Source: Bacillota bacterium
GTDB lineage: Bacteria > Bacillota > Clostridia > Christensenellales > CAG-138
Reading direction: 5' to 3'
Assembly: GCA_023395595.1 (NCBI GenBank)
Contig: JAEWYO010000060.1
Location: 106,704-170,703, forward strand
DNA length: 64,000 nt
The position numbers were made by a program, and so were the translations under genes. Below are positions 45,919-57,547 of this stretch, piece after piece. A model generated the notes under the pieces. It was not told the origin of the DNA, did no database searches, and saw only the letters and a program-made list of their open reading frames with translations. The first letter of the stretch is position 1; each line of letters begins with the position of its first letter.

Positions 45919-46050
45919 ATGGCAATCACGCAACGCAAACGGAAAAGGGAATATATTCAATCATTCGGACTCATCCCCTCTTTTTCGCAAAAACGCGTGG
46001 CGCAATTGGGATTGCGGCTGATGGTTTGCCGCAGAATTGGGAGAAGAAAC

Positions 46051-47070
46051 ATGAAAATTGCAATTGATGCAATGGGCGGAGACCACGCACCGCAGGCAGT
46101 GTTCGAAGGGGTCAAGCTTGTGCTGCCGGAGCTGAACAAGGATGTGGAGCTGGTGCTCTACGGCGACGAGACGACCATCAAAGACGGGCTTTCCGCGCTG
46201 GGTGTAACCGACAAGCGAGTTTCGATTGTTGCCACAACGGAAGTGGTTGGGTGCGATGAGCAGCCGACGCTTGCGATCCGTAAGAAGAAGGACTCCTCCA
46301 TGGTGCGTGCGGTGGAAGCCGTTGCATCCGGCGAGGCGGACTGTGTGCTTTCTGCGGGAAGCACCGGCGCGCTGCTCACGGGTGCGACGCTGATCATCAA
46401 GCGACTCAAGGGTGTGAAGCGACCCGCGCTGGCAACGGTGATGCCAACCGTAGATTCCTGCGTGCTGCTGCTCGATTGCGGCGCAAACACCGATTGCAAG
46501 AGCGACTATCTTGTGCAGTTTGCGCTGATGGGATCGGCCTATATGCAGCGCGTGATCGGCGTGAATAAACCGCGCGTGGGTCTGCTGAACAACGGCGCGG
46601 AGGAAGAAAAAGGCAATGAGCTCACGAAAGAGACACATCAGTTGCTCAAGACGGCACCGGTCAACTTCACCGGAAACTGCGAAGGGCGCGATGTGCTCGG
46701 CGGAGAGTTTGATGTAGTCGTTTGTGACGGATTCGACGGGAACATCGTGCTCAAGGGCACGGAAGGTGCGGCGGGGCTGATCATGGACCTGCTCAAACAA
46801 GGATTGATGTCGAGCGTTCGCACCAAGATCGGCGCATTGATCTGCAAACCCGCGTTCAAACAGCTCAAGAAAAAGCTCGACTACACCGAATACGGCGGTG
46901 CGCCACTGCTCGGTGTCAACGGCGGCGTGATCAAGGCGCATGGCAGCTCCAACGGAAAATCATTCCGCTCGGCAATCCTTCAGGCGCAAAAGCTTGTCGC
47001 TTCGGATGTGACGCGCCTGCTTGGCGAAGAGATTGCGAAGTTTGACTTGGAAGGCAAAGCCGCGGAATAA
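46051..47070 (+). CDS. plsX: Phosphate acyltransferase PlsX
   Basis: MKIAIDAMGGDHAPQAVFEG is the canonical start. The track start at 45841 is an extension across the promoter. Confidence 0.93.
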   Translation: MKIAIDAMGGDHAPQAVFEGVKLVLPELNKDVELVLYGDETTIKDGLSALGVTDKRVSIVATTEVVGCDEQPTLAIRKKKDSSMVRAVEAVASGEADCVLSAGSTGALLTGATLIIKRLKGVKRPALATVMPTVDSCVLLLDCGANTDCKSDYLVQFALMGSAYMQRVIGVNKPRVGLLNNGAEEEKGNELTKETHQLLKTAPVNFTGNCEGRDVLGGEFDVVVCDGFDGNIVLKGTEGAAGLIMDLLKQGLMSSVRTKIGALICKPAFKQLKKKLDYTEYGGAPLLGVNGGVIKAHGSSNGKSFRSAILQAQKLVASDVTRLLGEEIAKFDLEGKAAE

Positions 47071-47091
47071 CCCGCCGAAATGCAGCAAGCA

Positions 47092-47120
47092 TTGACAGAA
47101 TCCACCGTTTCCGATAGAAT
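47092..47120 (+). promoter_or_regulatory. Candidate acpP promoter (TTGACA-17-TAGAAT)
   Basis: TTGACA gaatccaccgtttccga TAGAAT. Confidence 0.6.
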
Positions 47121-47170
47121 ACTACGCGAATGAGATGCGTGAAAAAACGCGTCGAAAAGGAGTTTTGAAC

Positions 47171-47395
47171 ATGTTTTTTGAAAAAGTTAGAGATATTATC
47201 GCAAAGCAACTGGACATCGACGCGGGCACCATCACCATGAACAGCCGCCTGATCGACGACCTCAAGGCCGACTCTCTGGACATCGTGGAACTCATCATGG
47301 ATCTGGAACAGGAGTTCAACATTGAAATCCCGGACGAAGAGCTCCCCAAGGTTCAGACCGTTTCGGACATCGTCGGCTATCTCGAGAAGAAATAA
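47171..47395 (+). CDS. acpP: Acyl carrier protein
   Basis: [31 protein letters not shown] (DSL phosphopantetheine site). SD AAAGGAG. Confidence 0.95.
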   Translation: MFFEKVRDIIAKQLDIDAGTITMNSRLIDDLKADSLDIVELIMDLEQEFNIEIPDEELPKVQTVSDIVGYLEKK

Positions 47396-47416
47396 GACAC
47401 AAACGGTAAGAAATTT

Positions 47417-47455
47417 GCCCGCATCCGAAGACTGCGAGAGGGTGCGGGCTTTTTT
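47417..47455 (+). terminator. Intrinsic terminator 1 after acpP
   Basis: GCCCGCA...(19-nt loop)...TGCGGGC followed by TTTTTT. Confidence 0.65.
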
Positions 47456-47467
47456 GTAAAGCAAAGG

Positions 47468-47497
47468 GCAAGCGCTTATTTGCCGCGCTTGCTTTTT
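47468..47497 (+). terminator. Intrinsic terminator 2 after acpP (tandem)
   Basis: GCAAGCGC-ttatttgcc-GCGCTTGC followed by TTTTT. Confidence 0.7.
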
Positions 47498-47561
47498 CAC
47501 GAATTTTATCAATCATCGTTTTTATACAACACGAAAAATCCAATGACCAAAGGAAGACCGG

Positions 47562-48275
47562 ATGACGCAGCAACAAGACACGCTCTCCGCGCTGGAAGAA
47601 ACCCTTGCGTATACGTTTACAGACCGTTCCCTTCTGGAAACGGCGCTGACGCACACCTCGTTTGTCAAGGGGGACGGAAAGCGGCAAACGCACAACGAGC
47701 GCCTCGAATTCCTTGGCGACGCGGTGTTGGAGCTCTGCGTGAGCGAACATCTGTATTTGCAGCAGCCGCGATTGCAGGAGGGCGCGATGACACGCCACCG
47801 CGCGCGGCTTGTTTGTGAACGCGCGCTGTTCAGCGCGGCAAACGCCCTGCATATTCCCGCGCATCTACGCCTCGGCAACGGCGAAGAACTCACCGGCGGG
47901 CGCAACAAGCCCTCGATCGTCTCCGATGCGTTGGAGGCGGTCCTCGGTGCGATCTATCTCGACGGTGGGCTGGAGCATGCGCGGCGCGTGATTCTCGAAC
48001 ACGTGATTCGCCTGCTGGAAGAAGCGCGTGTGGACGAGACAGACAAGGATTACAAGACCCGCTTGCAGGAACATGTTCAAAAAGGGCATATCGGCAATCT
48101 GGAATATGAATGTATGGACGAGGCAGGCCCGGAGCACCAGAAACGCTTCACCATCTGCGTGCGCCTTTCCGGTGAAGCGATTGGAACCGGCACAGGACTA
48201 AATAAACAGAGTGCGGGACAGGAAGCGGCAAAGGCCGCCTTGATTCGCCTCGGCGTACTGGAGGAGGAAGCATGA
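47562..48275 (+). CDS. rnc: Ribonuclease III
   Basis: [14 protein letters not shown] catalytic signature. C-terminal dsRBD. Confidence 0.93.
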   Translation: MTQQQDTLSALEETLAYTFTDRSLLETALTHTSFVKGDGKRQTHNERLEFLGDAVLELCVSEHLYLQQPRLQEGAMTRHRARLVCERALFSAANALHIPAHLRLGNGEELTGGRNKPSIVSDALEAVLGAIYLDGGLEHARRVILEHVIRLLEEARVDETDKDYKTRLQEHVQKGHIGNLEYECMDEAGPEHQKRFTICVRLSGEAIGTGTGLNKQSAGQEAAKAALIRLGVLEEEA

Positions 48276-51200
48276 GACTAAGCAAGCTGGAGCTCAACGG
48301 TTTCAAATCCTTCGCACGCAAAACCGAAATCCGTTTTGGCACGGGTGTGACCGCGATCATCGGGCCGAATGGAAGCGGAAAGAGCAACATCTCCGATGCG
48401 GTGCGCTGGGTGCTCGGCGAACAGAGCGCTAAGGCCCTCCGTGGCGGCAAGATGGAGGATGTTATCTTCAACGGCACGCAGCTAAGAAAAGCGCTTGCCT
48501 ACAGCGAAGTAACGCTGACGTTTGACAACAGCGACGGCCTGCTGAAGGTGCCATTTTCAGAGGTTGCCATCACGCGGCGCGTCTACCGCTCCGGCGAAAG
48601 TGAATATTGCATCAATCGCAACAATTGCCGTCTGCGCGATATCTCCGATTTGTTTTGTGACACGGGTATCGGCAAGGACGGCTATTCCATCATCAGCCAA
48701 GGCAAGGTGGAGGAAATTCTCGCCAACAAGAGCGGAGACCGCAGAGCGGCCTTTGAAGAAGCTGCGGGTGTCATGCGTTACCGCGTGCGCAAAGAGGACG
48801 CGGAGCGCAAGCTCAACAACACGGAAAAAAACCTCGAACGCATCGAGGATATCTTAAAGGAACTCTCCGATCGCCTTGCTCCGCTGGAGCAGCAGAGTGC
48901 GTCTGCGCGGGCATATCTTCGCCTGCGGGACGAGCTCAAAGACTTGGAAGTCAATCTTTTTCTCTATCAATATGACCGCGCGCAGGAACGGTTGACCCAG
49001 ATTCAGGAGACCATGCGCCAGATGAGTGAGGAGAAAGAGCAAGCCGAGAGCGGAGAAGCTTCACTCCTTTCCGCCTGTGCCGCGCTGGAAGAACAGCTCA
49101 AGACGCTGGACACTGCGATGAACGCGCAGCAGAGCCGACTGATGGGGCTTGTTTCGGAGGCGGAGACGCGCGTTGGAAAGAGCCACGTGCTCGCCGAACG
49201 GCGCGAGAACGCGCTCTCAACCCAAAAGCGCATCGAACAGGAACGCGAGCAGAGCAAGGCGCGCATCGAAGAACTCGGCGCGGTGATTGCCGGGCTTCAG
49301 GCGGACGAATCCGGCCAGGCGGCGCTGAACCTGCTTGAAAAAGAGATGGAAGCCGCACAAACGCGGCTGAGCGCACTTGATGCGGATATCGCCGCACGGG
49401 AAGAAGCCCTCGACGAGATGAAAAACAGCATCATCGAGGCGATGAATCGTGCGTCGGACTTCAAGTCCAGTGCGGCACGGTTCGACACGATGAAAAGCTC
49501 CATCGGTGAACGGCTCGCCGCCATTGATGCCGAGGCACAGCGCCGCGCGGACGAGACCATACGCCTGCGTGCGGAACTCGACCTCGCAAAAGAGCAGCAT
49601 ATGGAGGAAGCGCAGCGACTGGAACAGGCTAAGCGCGACCTCGACAGCTCGGTTGAAAATCGCAGAAAGACGCTCGATGCGTTCACTTCGCTACGCGAGG
49701 AGATTTCGCAGGACGAACAGGGGATTTCCTCGATTCAATCCCGCCTGCGCGTGCTGGACGAAATGCAGCGCTCGCGCGAAGGATACTATGCAAGCGTCAA
49801 GAACATACTCAAAGACGCACCGAACGACGCAAAGCTTGGCCGTGCAATCGTCGGTGTGGTGGCGGAGTTGCTTCGTGTGCCGAAGGAGTATGAGGTCGCG
49901 GTGACCATGGCGCTTGGCGGTACACTGCAAAACATCGTTACCCCGACCGCCGAGGACGCGAAATACGTCATCGAATACCTCCGCGCCAAGGATTATGGCA
50001 GAGCGACGCTGCTGCCGATGGCGCTACTCAACCCCACGCGCATCACGCGCGAAGAGCGGGCGCTACTCAACGTGCCCGGCTGCATCGGCGTTGCCAACGA
50101 GCTGGTTGATTGCGACGACAACGTGCGAAATGTCATGGACTATCTACTATGCCGCACGATCATCGTGAAGGATTTGGACGCGGGCATCGCGCTCAAGAAT
50201 CGTACGCGCGGCGCGTTCCACATCGCTACCCTGCAAGGCGACATTATCAGCACCGGCGGCTCAATGAGCGGCGGAAGCTTGCAAAAGCAGACATTTAACC
50301 TGCTCAGCCGCGAACGCGAGTTGCAGGAGCTCCGCGAAAAACTCAAAAAGGCTGATGCCGCGCTGGAGGAGAAGAAATCCGGCTTGCGCAAAGCGGAACA
50401 AGATGTGCTCCGCTGCGACATACAGGTGGATTCCTTTCGGGACGCGGTGCACGCCTGTGAAATTGCGGCAGCAAAACAGGCGGAGCAGCTGGATATCATC
50501 CGGCGCGACGTGGAGCACAGCGAACAAAGCGAGCAAGCCCTGGCAGACGAACGGCTACAACTCACGGACAACCTGGCAGAGGTGGAGCGCGAGCGCACCA
50601 GCGCGGACGAGCAGCAGACCGATATTGAACAAGGCAACGCCAGCACGCGCGAGGATGTTGCCCGCGCACAGGGTGAGCTCTATGAGCTGCGCAAACAGCG
50701 CGAAACCTTCACGGGAGAACTCACCGAGCAAAAGGTACGCCGCATGGCGCTCAGCAAGGAGCGCGACGCGGTCTATGCCGAGCAACGGCGGCTCGTATCT
50801 GAGCACCGCGATTTGACCCTACGTCTGACTGCGCTGGAACGGGAAACGCAGGAAACAGAAGGAAACATTGCCGCAATCGACGCGGAGCTTGCAGGCATGC
50901 AAGCACAGATTGAAAGCGACAGTGCCCTGACCGCAGCCGAGAAGGAAGCACAAAGGAAAATCGAAGAGGAACGGCAGACCGTTTCCGCCGCGCTTTACGA
51001 ACAGCGCGCGCGGCGTGAAGAATTGCTCTCCAGCACGCGCGATCTGGCCGAGCGCATCCACAAACAAGAACTCACCCAGAGTAAACTGGAGATGGAGCTT
51101 GGCTCCATGCAGGACCACATCTGGGAGGAATACGAGCTTACCTACGAAAACGCCGCGCAGCTCAAGCGCGAGATTGCCATCGGCGCGAGCAACACTCGCG

Positions 51201-51859
51201 TGAACGAGATCAAGCAGGAGATCAAAGGGCTTGGGGATATCAGCCTCGGCTCGATTGGCGAATACAAGAGTGTGTTTGAGCGGCACAGCGAACTCTTCAC
51301 ACAGTGCGAAGACCTCAACAACGCCAAACGGGACTTGGAAACGCTGATTGTCGAACTCACAGAGACGATGGAGAGCGTGTTCCTCAAGCAGTTCGAGGTG
51401 ATTCAGCAGAACTTTTCCTCGACCTTTGCCGAACTCTTCGGCGGCGGGCAGGCGGAACTGCGCCTCGCGGACAAGAACGACGTGCTGGGTTGCGACATCG
51501 ACATCATCGCCCAACCGCCGGGAAAGAAACTGCAACTGCTCTCGTTGCTCTCCGGTGGAGAGCGCACACTGACCGCTATTGCGTTGCTCTTTGCGATGCT
51601 CAAACTCAAGCCGCCCGCGTTTTGCATGCTCGACGAGATCGAGTCCGCACTGGATGAGGCGAACGTCTCCCGCTTTGCGGACTACGTCAAGCGCTACTCC
51701 GACGGGACGCAGTTTATCCTCATCACGCACCGCAAAGGGAGCATGGAGGTCTGCGACACGCTCTACGGCGTCTCGATGGAGGAAAAGGGTGTGAGCAAGG
51801 TGGTCTCCGCGCGCTTCGGCGAAAACGGTATCACGACGACTCCGGAACAAGCAAGCTGA
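48272..51859 (+). CDS. smc: Chromosome segregation protein SMC
   Basis: 1195 aa. Walker [14 protein letters not shown], long coiled coils, hinge, [16 protein letters not shown], Walker [16 protein letters not shown] overlap with rnc. Confidence 0.95.
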   Translation: MRLSKLELNGFKSFARKTEIRFGTGVTAIIGPNGSGKSNISDAVRWVLGEQSAKALRGGKMEDVIFNGTQLRKALAYSEVTLTFDNSDGLLKVPFSEVAITRRVYRSGESEYCINRNNCRLRDISDLFCDTGIGKDGYSIISQGKVEEILANKSGDRRAAFEEAAGVMRYRVRKEDAERKLNNTEKNLERIEDILKELSDRLAPLEQQSASARAYLRLRDELKDLEVNLFLYQYDRAQERLTQIQETMRQMSEEKEQAESGEASLLSACAALEEQLKTLDTAMNAQQSRLMGLVSEAETRVGKSHVLAERRENALSTQKRIEQEREQSKARIEELGAVIAGLQADESGQAALNLLEKEMEAAQTRLSALDADIAAREEALDEMKNSIIEAMNRASDFKSSAARFDTMKSSIGERLAAIDAEAQRRADETIRLRAELDLAKEQHMEEAQRLEQAKRDLDSSVENRRKTLDAFTSLREEISQDEQGISSIQSRLRVLDEMQRSREGYYASVKNILKDAPNDAKLGRAIVGVVAELLRVPKEYEVAVTMALGGTLQNIVTPTAEDAKYVIEYLRAKDYGRATLLPMALLNPTRITREERALLNVPGCIGVANELVDCDDNVRNVMDYLLCRTIIVKDLDAGIALKNRTRGAFHIATLQGDIISTGGSMSGGSLQKQTFNLLSRERELQELREKLKKADAALEEKKSGLRKAEQDVLRCDIQVDSFRDAVHACEIAAAKQAEQLDIIRRDVEHSEQSEQALADERLQLTDNLAEVERERTSADEQQTDIEQGNASTREDVARAQGELYELRKQRETFTGELTEQKVRRMALSKERDAVYAEQRRLVSEHRDLTLRLTALERETQETEGNIAAIDAELAGMQAQIESDSALTAAEKEAQRKIEEERQTVSAALYEQRARREELLSSTRDLAERIHKQELTQSKLEMELGSMQDHIWEEYELTYENAAQLKREIAIGASNTRVNEIKQEIKGLGDISLGSIGEYKSVFERHSELFTQCEDLNNAKRDLETLIVELTETMESVFLKQFEVIQQNFSSTFAELFGGGQAELRLADKNDVLGCDIDIIAQPPGKKLQLLSLLSGGERTLTAIALLFAMLKLKPPAFCMLDEIESALDEANVSRFADYVKRYSDGTQFILITHRKGSMEVCDTLYGVSMEEKGVSKVVSARFGENGITTTPEQAS

Positions 51860-51877
51860 TCTTAACCAACGGATTGG

Positions 51878-52804
51878 ATGAATTTTATGGAAAAGAAACC
51901 ATTGTTTCAGAAATGGAAAACAGGACTCGGCAAGACCCGAACGGGTCTGCTGGCGCGTCTCTTTGCTTCAAAGGATGGCATCAACGAAGAGTTTTATGAA
52001 GAACTTGAAGAGGCGCTGATCCTCGCGGACGCGGGCGCCGCCGTCACCGAGCGGCTGCTCGACGAACTGCAGGCCACCATCAAGGCGCAGAAGATTTCCG
52101 ACCGCGCGGGCGCAAGAAAAGCGCTCACGGGATTGATTGCAAAAGCCGTCACCACGCAAAAGCCGTTTTCGGCGGACGCTGGCGCGGCGGTGGTGCTCAT
52201 CGTCGGCGTCAATGGCGTGGGCAAGACCACCAGCATCGGCAAACTCGCCAACAGCTATCGCGAGCAGGGCAGAAAGATCATGCTTGCGGCGGCGGACACC
52301 TTCCGTGCGGCGGCGGCGGAGCAGCTCGGCGAATGGGCCAAGCGTGCGGATGTCGCAATGGTGCGTCACAACGAGGGCGCAGACCCCGCGGCGGTGGTGT
52401 TTGACGCGATCGCCTCCTACAAGGCGAAGGGTTGCGACCTGCTGCTCTGCGACACGGCGGGACGGTTGCACAACAAAGCAAACCTGATGAACGAACTCGG
52501 CAAAATCCGCCGCGTGATCGCACGCGAACTGCCGGAGACACCTTGCGAAACTCTGCTGGTGCTGGACGCGGTCACGGGGCAAAACGCGGTGGCGCAGGCG
52601 CGCGCGTTTGCCGAGGTTTGCCAGCTCGATGGCGTGATCCTCACCAAGCTCGACGGCACGGCGAAAGGCGGCGTGGTGATCTCCATCTGCGAGACGCTGA
52701 AGGTTCCCGTGCGCTTTGTCGGCGTTGGCGAAGGGATTGACGACTTGCAAGCGTTCAACGCAGAGCTCTTTGCCGAGGCGCTGCTGGCCAACGACGCGGA
52801 TTGA
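51878..52804 (+). CDS. ftsY: Signal recognition particle receptor FtsY
   Basis: GVNGVGKTTSIGKLA, DTAGRLH, TKLDGTAKGG. An alternative ATG lies at 51887. Confidence 0.93.
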   Translation: MNFMEKKPLFQKWKTGLGKTRTGLLARLFASKDGINEEFYEELEEALILADAGAAVTERLLDELQATIKAQKISDRAGARKALTGLIAKAVTTQKPFSADAGAAVVLIVGVNGVGKTTSIGKLANSYREQGRKIMLAAADTFRAAAAEQLGEWAKRADVAMVRHNEGADPAAVVFDAIASYKAKGCDLLLCDTAGRLHNKANLMNELGKIRRVIARELPETPCETLLVLDAVTGQNAVAQARAFAEVCQLDGVILTKLDGTAKGGVVISICETLKVPVRFVGVGEGIDDLQAFNAELFAEALLANDAD

Positions 52805-52872
52805 TAAATCAGCGCACGCTGTAGCAAGTATTAAGAATTAAACGCACATTTCTCGCAAATCATCGGATTCAC

Positions 52873-52900
52873 TTGACAAAATCGCCAGACTCCGTATAAT
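52873..52900 (+). promoter_or_regulatory. Candidate promoter of ylxM-ffh operon (TTGACA-16-TATAAT)
   Basis: TTGACA aaatcgccagactccg TATAAT. Confidence 0.55.
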
Positions 52901-52939
52901 AGTTACGGTGTAAAGCTTTTCTGCTTTACAGGAGTACCG

Positions 52940-53275
52940 ATGAATCGTTTGGTCGAACTTGGACAACTCATGGACTGGTACGGTGCTTTTTTAACCGAGC
53001 GCCAGCGTTCGCTTGTGCGCCAATATGCCTATGAAGATTGCTCCCTCGGTGAAATTGCCGAGCGCGAGGGCATCTCACGGCAGGCGGTGCGAGACGCGAT
53101 TTTGACCGCGGAGAGCGAACTCAAGGACATGGAAGCCAAGCTGAATTTGATAGAGAACAACGAAAAATTGATCCGCCTGATCGATACCCTCGGCGGAACA
53201 ACACTCAACGAAGCACAAAAAGACCTGCTCCGGCAGATGCGGGAGCTGGTTTCGGAGGAAGAAGATGGCGTTTGA
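52940..53275 (+). CDS. ylxM: YlxM (UPF0122) putative DNA-binding protein
   Basis: YGAFLTERQRSLVRQYAYEDCSLGEIAEREGISRQAVRDAI (sigma-70 region-4-like HTH). Conserved position before ffh. Confidence 0.85.
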   Translation: MNRLVELGQLMDWYGAFLTERQRSLVRQYAYEDCSLGEIAEREGISRQAVRDAILTAESELKDMEAKLNLIENNEKLIRLIDTLGGTTLNEAQKDLLRQMRELVSEEEDGV

Positions 53276-54599
53276 AGGCGTCTCTGAAAAACTGCAAGCG
53301 GTTTTCAAACGGCTGAATTCGCGCGGGAAGCTCAACGAGAGCGACGTGAAGGAGGCCATGCGCGAGATCAAGCTCGCCTTGCTGGAAGCGGACGTGAACT
53401 TCATGGTCGTCAAGGAGTTCGTCAAAACCGTGACCGACCGTGCCGTCGGCAGCGAGGTGCTCGAAAGCCTCACCCCCGGACAGCAAGTCGTTAAGATTGT
53501 CAACGAAGAGCTTACGCGGCTCATGGGTGGCGAACACACCAAGCTTGAGTTTGGCAACCAGAAACCCGCCGTGATTCTGATGGCAGGCCTTCAGGGCGCG
53601 GGCAAGACGACCATGTGTGGCAAGCTCGGCTCCTATATTACGAAACACTACGGCAAGAGCGTGTTGCTCACCGCGTGTGATATCTATCGTCCTGCTGCGA
53701 TTCAGCAGTTGCAGATCGTCGGCGAGAAACTCGACATTCCCGTCTACGAACACGGCACGCAAAACCCCGTGCTCACCGCAAAGGAAGCGGTTGCCGAAGC
53801 CAAGCGGAAGTTCATTGACGTGGTCATCGTCGATACCGCAGGCCGCCTTCACATCGACGCAGATATGATGACCGAACTCAAACAGATTCGCGATGCGGTC
53901 AACCCCGCGGAGATACTGCTCGTCGTAGACGCGATGACGGGTCAAGATGCGGTCAACGTTGCCAAGAGTTTTCACGAGACCATCGCTCTCACGGGCGTGA
54001 TCCTCACCAAGCTTGATGGCGACACGCGCGGCGGCGCGGCGCTCTCCGTCCGCTCCGTAACAGGCAAGCCCATCAAGTTCTCCGGCATCGGCGAAAAACT
54101 CACCGATATCGAGCCGTTTCATCCTGACCGGATGGCGAGCCGTATCCTCGGCATGGGTGATGTGCTGACCCTCATTGAGAAAGCGCAAGGCGCATTTGAC
54201 GAGAAAAAAGCGCTTGAGATGGCCGAGAAGATGAAGAGCAATGCCTTCACCTTGGACGATTTTCTCGACCAGATGGAGCAGATGAAAAACCTCGGCTCCA
54301 TGGAAGATCTCGTAAAGATGATCCCCGGCATGGATGCAAGTAAGCTTGGCGGCGCTCAAATTGACGAAAAGCAGATGGCGCGCACGAAGGCGATTATCCA
54401 GAGTATGACCAAGGCGGAGCGGCATGACCCCGAAATCCTCACGGCAAGCCGCAGAAAGCGCATTGCGCGCGGCAGCGGCACAAGCGTGCAGGAGGTCAAC
54501 CGCCTGATGAACCAGTTCAACTCGTCCAAACAGCTCATGAAGCAGATGTCCGGACGGATGAAAAAAGGAAAGCGCGGCGGCTTCCCGTTCGGGTTCTAA
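53265..54599 (+). CDS. ffh: Signal recognition particle protein Ffh
   Basis: GLQGAGKTT, DTAGRLH, TKLDGDTRGG, and a Met-rich M domain. Confidence 0.95.
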   Translation: MAFEGVSEKLQAVFKRLNSRGKLNESDVKEAMREIKLALLEADVNFMVVKEFVKTVTDRAVGSEVLESLTPGQQVVKIVNEELTRLMGGEHTKLEFGNQKPAVILMAGLQGAGKTTMCGKLGSYITKHYGKSVLLTACDIYRPAAIQQLQIVGEKLDIPVYEHGTQNPVLTAKEAVAEAKRKFIDVVIVDTAGRLHIDADMMTELKQIRDAVNPAEILLVVDAMTGQDAVNVAKSFHETIALTGVILTKLDGDTRGGAALSVRSVTGKPIKFSGIGEKLTDIEPFHPDRMASRILGMGDVLTLIEKAQGAFDEKKALEMAEKMKSNAFTLDDFLDQMEQMKNLGSMEDLVKMIPGMDASKLGGAQIDEKQMARTKAIIQSMTKAERHDPEILTASRRKRIARGSGTSVQEVNRLMNQFNSSKQLMKQMSGRMKKGKRGGFPFGF

Positions 54600-54682
54600 C
54601 CCCTAAAACCACATTGGCGAATCACGTTTTGACGTATTCGATATAACAAACAACATCAAAAAATATTTGGAGGAAGCAGACA

Positions 54683-54925
54683 ATGCTCAAGATCAGACTG
54701 CGCCGCATGGGCGCCAAGAAAGCCCCGTTCTACCGTATCGTGGTTGCGGATTCCCGCGCACCGCGTGACGGCGCGTTTGTCGAAGAAATCGGCTACTACA
54801 ACCCCCTCTCGAACCCCGTTGAGCTGACCGTGAACAACGAGCACGCAGCCGAATGGATCAAGAAGGGCGCGCAGCCGACGGACACCGTTCGTGCGCTGCT
54901 GAAGAAGAGCGGCGCCATCGAGTGA
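54683..54925 (+). CDS. rpsP: 30S ribosomal protein S16
   Basis: [30 protein letters not shown]. Confidence 0.95.
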   Translation: MLKIRLRRMGAKKAPFYRIVVADSRAPRDGAFVEEIGYYNPLSNPVELTVNNEHAAEWIKKGAQPTDTVRALLKKSGAIE

Positions 54926-54932
54926 GGCAATC

Positions 54933-55169
54933 ATGATGGAGGAACTCGTAAGCTTCATCGCGAAAAACCTCGTCGATGAGCCGGACTCCGTCAAGGTCGA
55001 AACGCGGGAGGAAGGGGACACGGTTGTGATCTCTCTCTCCGTTGCGCCCGGCGATATGGGGAAGGTCATCGGCAGGCAGGGGCGCATCGCGAAGGCGATT
55101 CGCACAGTCGTCAAGGCCGCGAGCGTCCGCGAAGACAAAAAATACATGGTGGATATCGTCGAGCAGTAA
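54933..55169 (+). CDS. ylqC: KH-domain RNA-binding protein (YlqC family)
   Basis: ...DMGKVIGRQGRIAKAIRTVV (the GxxG KH motif). Conserved position between rpsP and rimM. Confidence 0.85.
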   Translation: MMEELVSFIAKNLVDEPDSVKVETREEGDTVVISLSVAPGDMGKVIGRQGRIAKAIRTVVKAASVREDKKYMVDIVEQ

Positions 55170-55217
55170 TTGCCCGCGAAATCCTCGTGTATGACTCAGC
55201 AAAGTTAGGATACTCAT

Positions 55218-55739
55218 TTGAGAAACGATTATTTGCGCGTCGGCCAGATCGTCCGCGCACACGGGGTACACGGAGACGTGAAGATTATCCCGCTGACGGA
55301 CGATCCGGCGCGGTTTCGCCAACTAAAAACGGCATATCTCGAAACTACGGCAGGCGCATATGCGCCTGTTGCGGTTACTAGCGTGCGTTTTCTGCCGGAG
55401 GCGGTGCTGCTGCATCTGGAAGGCTACGACACGGTGGAGCGTGCAGAGACGCTCAAGAACGTCTATCTCTGCGTGAATCGCGACAACGCGGTGAAACTTC
55501 GCAAAGACACCTATTTCGTCGTCGATCTCATCGGCTGCGACACGTTTGACACCAACGGCAAGGCATACGGCAAACTCACAGACGTTCTGGAGACGGGTGC
55601 GCACGATGTATACGAGATCGACGGCGGCAAGCTCCTCGTGCCCGCGCTGAAAAAACTTTTGCGCGAAGTTGACGTGGAGAACGGGCGCATCGTGTTTGAC
55701 GCGGATGTGCTGGAGGAGGTCGGCTGTTTTGCGGATTGA
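55218..55739 (+). CDS. rimM: 16S rRNA processing protein RimM
   Basis: TTG start. [28 protein letters not shown] plus a PRC barrel. Confidence 0.9.
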   Translation: MRNDYLRVGQIVRAHGVHGDVKIIPLTDDPARFRQLKTAYLETTAGAYAPVAVTSVRFLPEAVLLHLEGYDTVERAETLKNVYLCVNRDNAVKLRKDTYFVVDLIGCDTFDTNGKAYGKLTDVLETGAHDVYEIDGGKLLVPALKKLLREVDVENGRIVFDADVLEEVGCFAD

Positions 55740-56448
55740 TATCCTCACGCTCTTTCCAGAGATGTTTGACTGCGTGCTCTCCGCCAGCATGCTTGGCCGT
55801 GCGCAGGCAAACGGGCTGATCGATATCCGCGTGCACAACATCCGCGACTACACGGACAACAAGCACCGCAAAGCGGACGACTATCCCTTCGGCGGCGGAG
55901 CGGGTCTGGTCATGATGGCGCAACCCATCTATGACTGCATGGACGCGGTGCTTGAAGGCAAAACGGCGCATCGTATCCTGATGACGCCGCGCGGGCGTAC
56001 GCTGAGCCAAAAGATCGCGAGGGAACTGTCCGAACAAGACCATCTTGTGCTGCTCTGCGGGCATTATGAGGGCGTGGACGAACGCGTGATGAATATCATC
56101 GACGACGAAATCTCCGTTGGGGACTACGTGCTCACGGGCGGGGAATTGCCTGCGATGGTGCTGGTTGATTGCGTGAGCCGGCTGATTCCCGGCGTGCTGG
56201 GCAGCGAGGAGAGCGCGGCAGACGAGTCGTTTTCGGAAGATTTGCTGGAATATCCGCAATACACGCGCCCTGCGAGCTTTCGCGGCATGGATGTGCCGGA
56301 GGTGCTGTTGAATGGACACCACGCGAAGATTCAAGCCTGGCGGCAGGAACAAGCGAGACTCAAGACCGCGCTGAACCGTCCCGACCTGCTGAACGAGACA
56401 AGCGAGAAGGGCGATACCATCGAAGCGCCGGACGACGCCTGGCTCTAA
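55729..56448 (+). CDS. trmD: tRNA (guanine37-N1)-methyltransferase
   Basis: TTG start 9 nt after GGAGGAGG gives (M)[42 protein letters not shown]. The track start at 55669 is an extension. Confidence 0.93.
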   Translation: MRIDILTLFPEMFDCVLSASMLGRAQANGLIDIRVHNIRDYTDNKHRKADDYPFGGGAGLVMMAQPIYDCMDAVLEGKTAHRILMTPRGRTLSQKIARELSEQDHLVLLCGHYEGVDERVMNIIDDEISVGDYVLTGGELPAMVLVDCVSRLIPGVLGSEESAADESFSEDLLEYPQYTRPASFRGMDVPEVLLNGHHAKIQAWRQEQARLKTALNRPDLLNETSEKGDTIEAPDDAWL

Positions 56449-56544
56449 GCAGCAGCTGGAGAAAATAGAAATCATCGGCAGTCTTGCTGACGGATTGCCT
56501 TGCTTTTTGGAAGAAGGAGACCCGCTGTTTCGGCGGAAACCGAT

Positions 56545-57423
56545 ATGAAGGAAACCACAAAAGGCACAATCGCCATGATCGTAACCGCGCTGCTTTGGAG
56601 CATCGGCGGTATCTTCATCAAACTTGTTCCGTGGAACCCGCTTGCCATCGCCGGCCTTCGCGGGGTCATCGGCGGGCTTGTGATGTATGTCTATCTGCGC
56701 ATCCGCGGCATCAAACCCGTGTTCAACAAGGATACGGTGAAGATCGCAATCGCGCTTGCGGGGGTTTGCACCACGTTTGTTGCGGCAAACAAGCTCACGA
56801 CCGCCGCCAACGCCATCGTGATCCAATATTGTGCGCCGGTCTATGTGCTGCTCTACATCGCGTTTGTGCAGAAGAAAAAGCTGCGTCCGCTCGACATCGC
56901 CGTGGTGCCGATTACGATTCTCGGCGTATCGCTCTGCTTCATCGGCCAGATGGGCAAAGGGCATCTGCTCGGGGATAGTATCGCGGTGGTGTCCGGTTGG
57001 TTCTTTGCGGCGATGTTCATCTTCAGCGAAGGCGTGTCCGACCAGACACGCGCAAGCGGCATTATGCAGGGACAGTTCCTCACCGCGATCATCGGCCTGC
57101 CGGTACTTTTTGCCACACGCCCTGCATTTACACCGCAGGCAATCGGCGGCATACTCGTACTCGGCGTCTTCCAAATCGGCATTGCGTATGTGCTCTATAG
57201 CATCGCAATCAAGCGCGCGCCGCTCTTGACGTGCTCTCTGCTTGCGGTGTTGGAGCCGCTGCTCAACCCCGTTTGGGTGTTTCTCTTTGCGGGAGAGAAC
57301 CCCGGCAAATGGTCGCTTATCGGCGGAGTAATCGTCGTGTTCATCATCACGCTGTGGTATGTGTACGATGCGCGGCATCCGCAGACGGAGGAAATGGCGC
57401 AAACGGGCACGGAACCCGCATAA
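56545..57423 (+). CDS. DMT-superfamily (EamA) transporter
   Basis: About ten hydrophobic helices in two EamA-like halves (GTIAMIVTALLWSIGGIFIK...). Confidence 0.8.
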   Translation: MKETTKGTIAMIVTALLWSIGGIFIKLVPWNPLAIAGLRGVIGGLVMYVYLRIRGIKPVFNKDTVKIAIALAGVCTTFVAANKLTTAANAIVIQYCAPVYVLLYIAFVQKKKLRPLDIAVVPITILGVSLCFIGQMGKGHLLGDSIAVVSGWFFAAMFIFSEGVSDQTRASGIMQGQFLTAIIGLPVLFATRPAFTPQAIGGILVLGVFQIGIAYVLYSIAIKRAPLLTCSLLAVLEPLLNPVWVFLFAGENPGKWSLIGGVIVVFIITLWYVYDARHPQTEEMAQTGTEPA

Positions 57424-57438
57424 AATCAGCAAAACGGC

Positions 57439-57468
57439 TTGCAATAGAGCGCGAGTCTATGCTATAAT
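57439..57468 (+). promoter_or_regulatory. Candidate rplS promoter (TTGCAA-18-TATAAT)
   Basis: TTGCAA tagagcgcgagtctatgc TATAAT. Predicts a ~75-nt leader before rplS. Confidence 0.6.
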
Positions 57469-57547
57469 CGCGTTTGTGACATCGGGCGGTCCTCTGTTCT
57501 GCTTTGAAGTATGAACGCCTGGCAAAATGAAAGGAGAATATTTCAAA

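Noticed and set aside
55576-57444. 622-aa minus-strand ORF spanning rimM 3' end, trmD, the intergenic gap and the EamA transporter
   Set aside because: It overlaps three confidently identified plus-strand genes (TrmD motifs are intact). Its composition (R, H, D, A, C rich; RHRD, HRR and RKR runs) is shadow-like. It is notable only as the longest spurious ORF.
57469-57547. Possible L19 autoregulatory leader RNA upstream of rplS
   Set aside because: I could not convincingly draw the Rfam L19_leader fold by eye, so it is left as a check (cmscan) rather than a feature.
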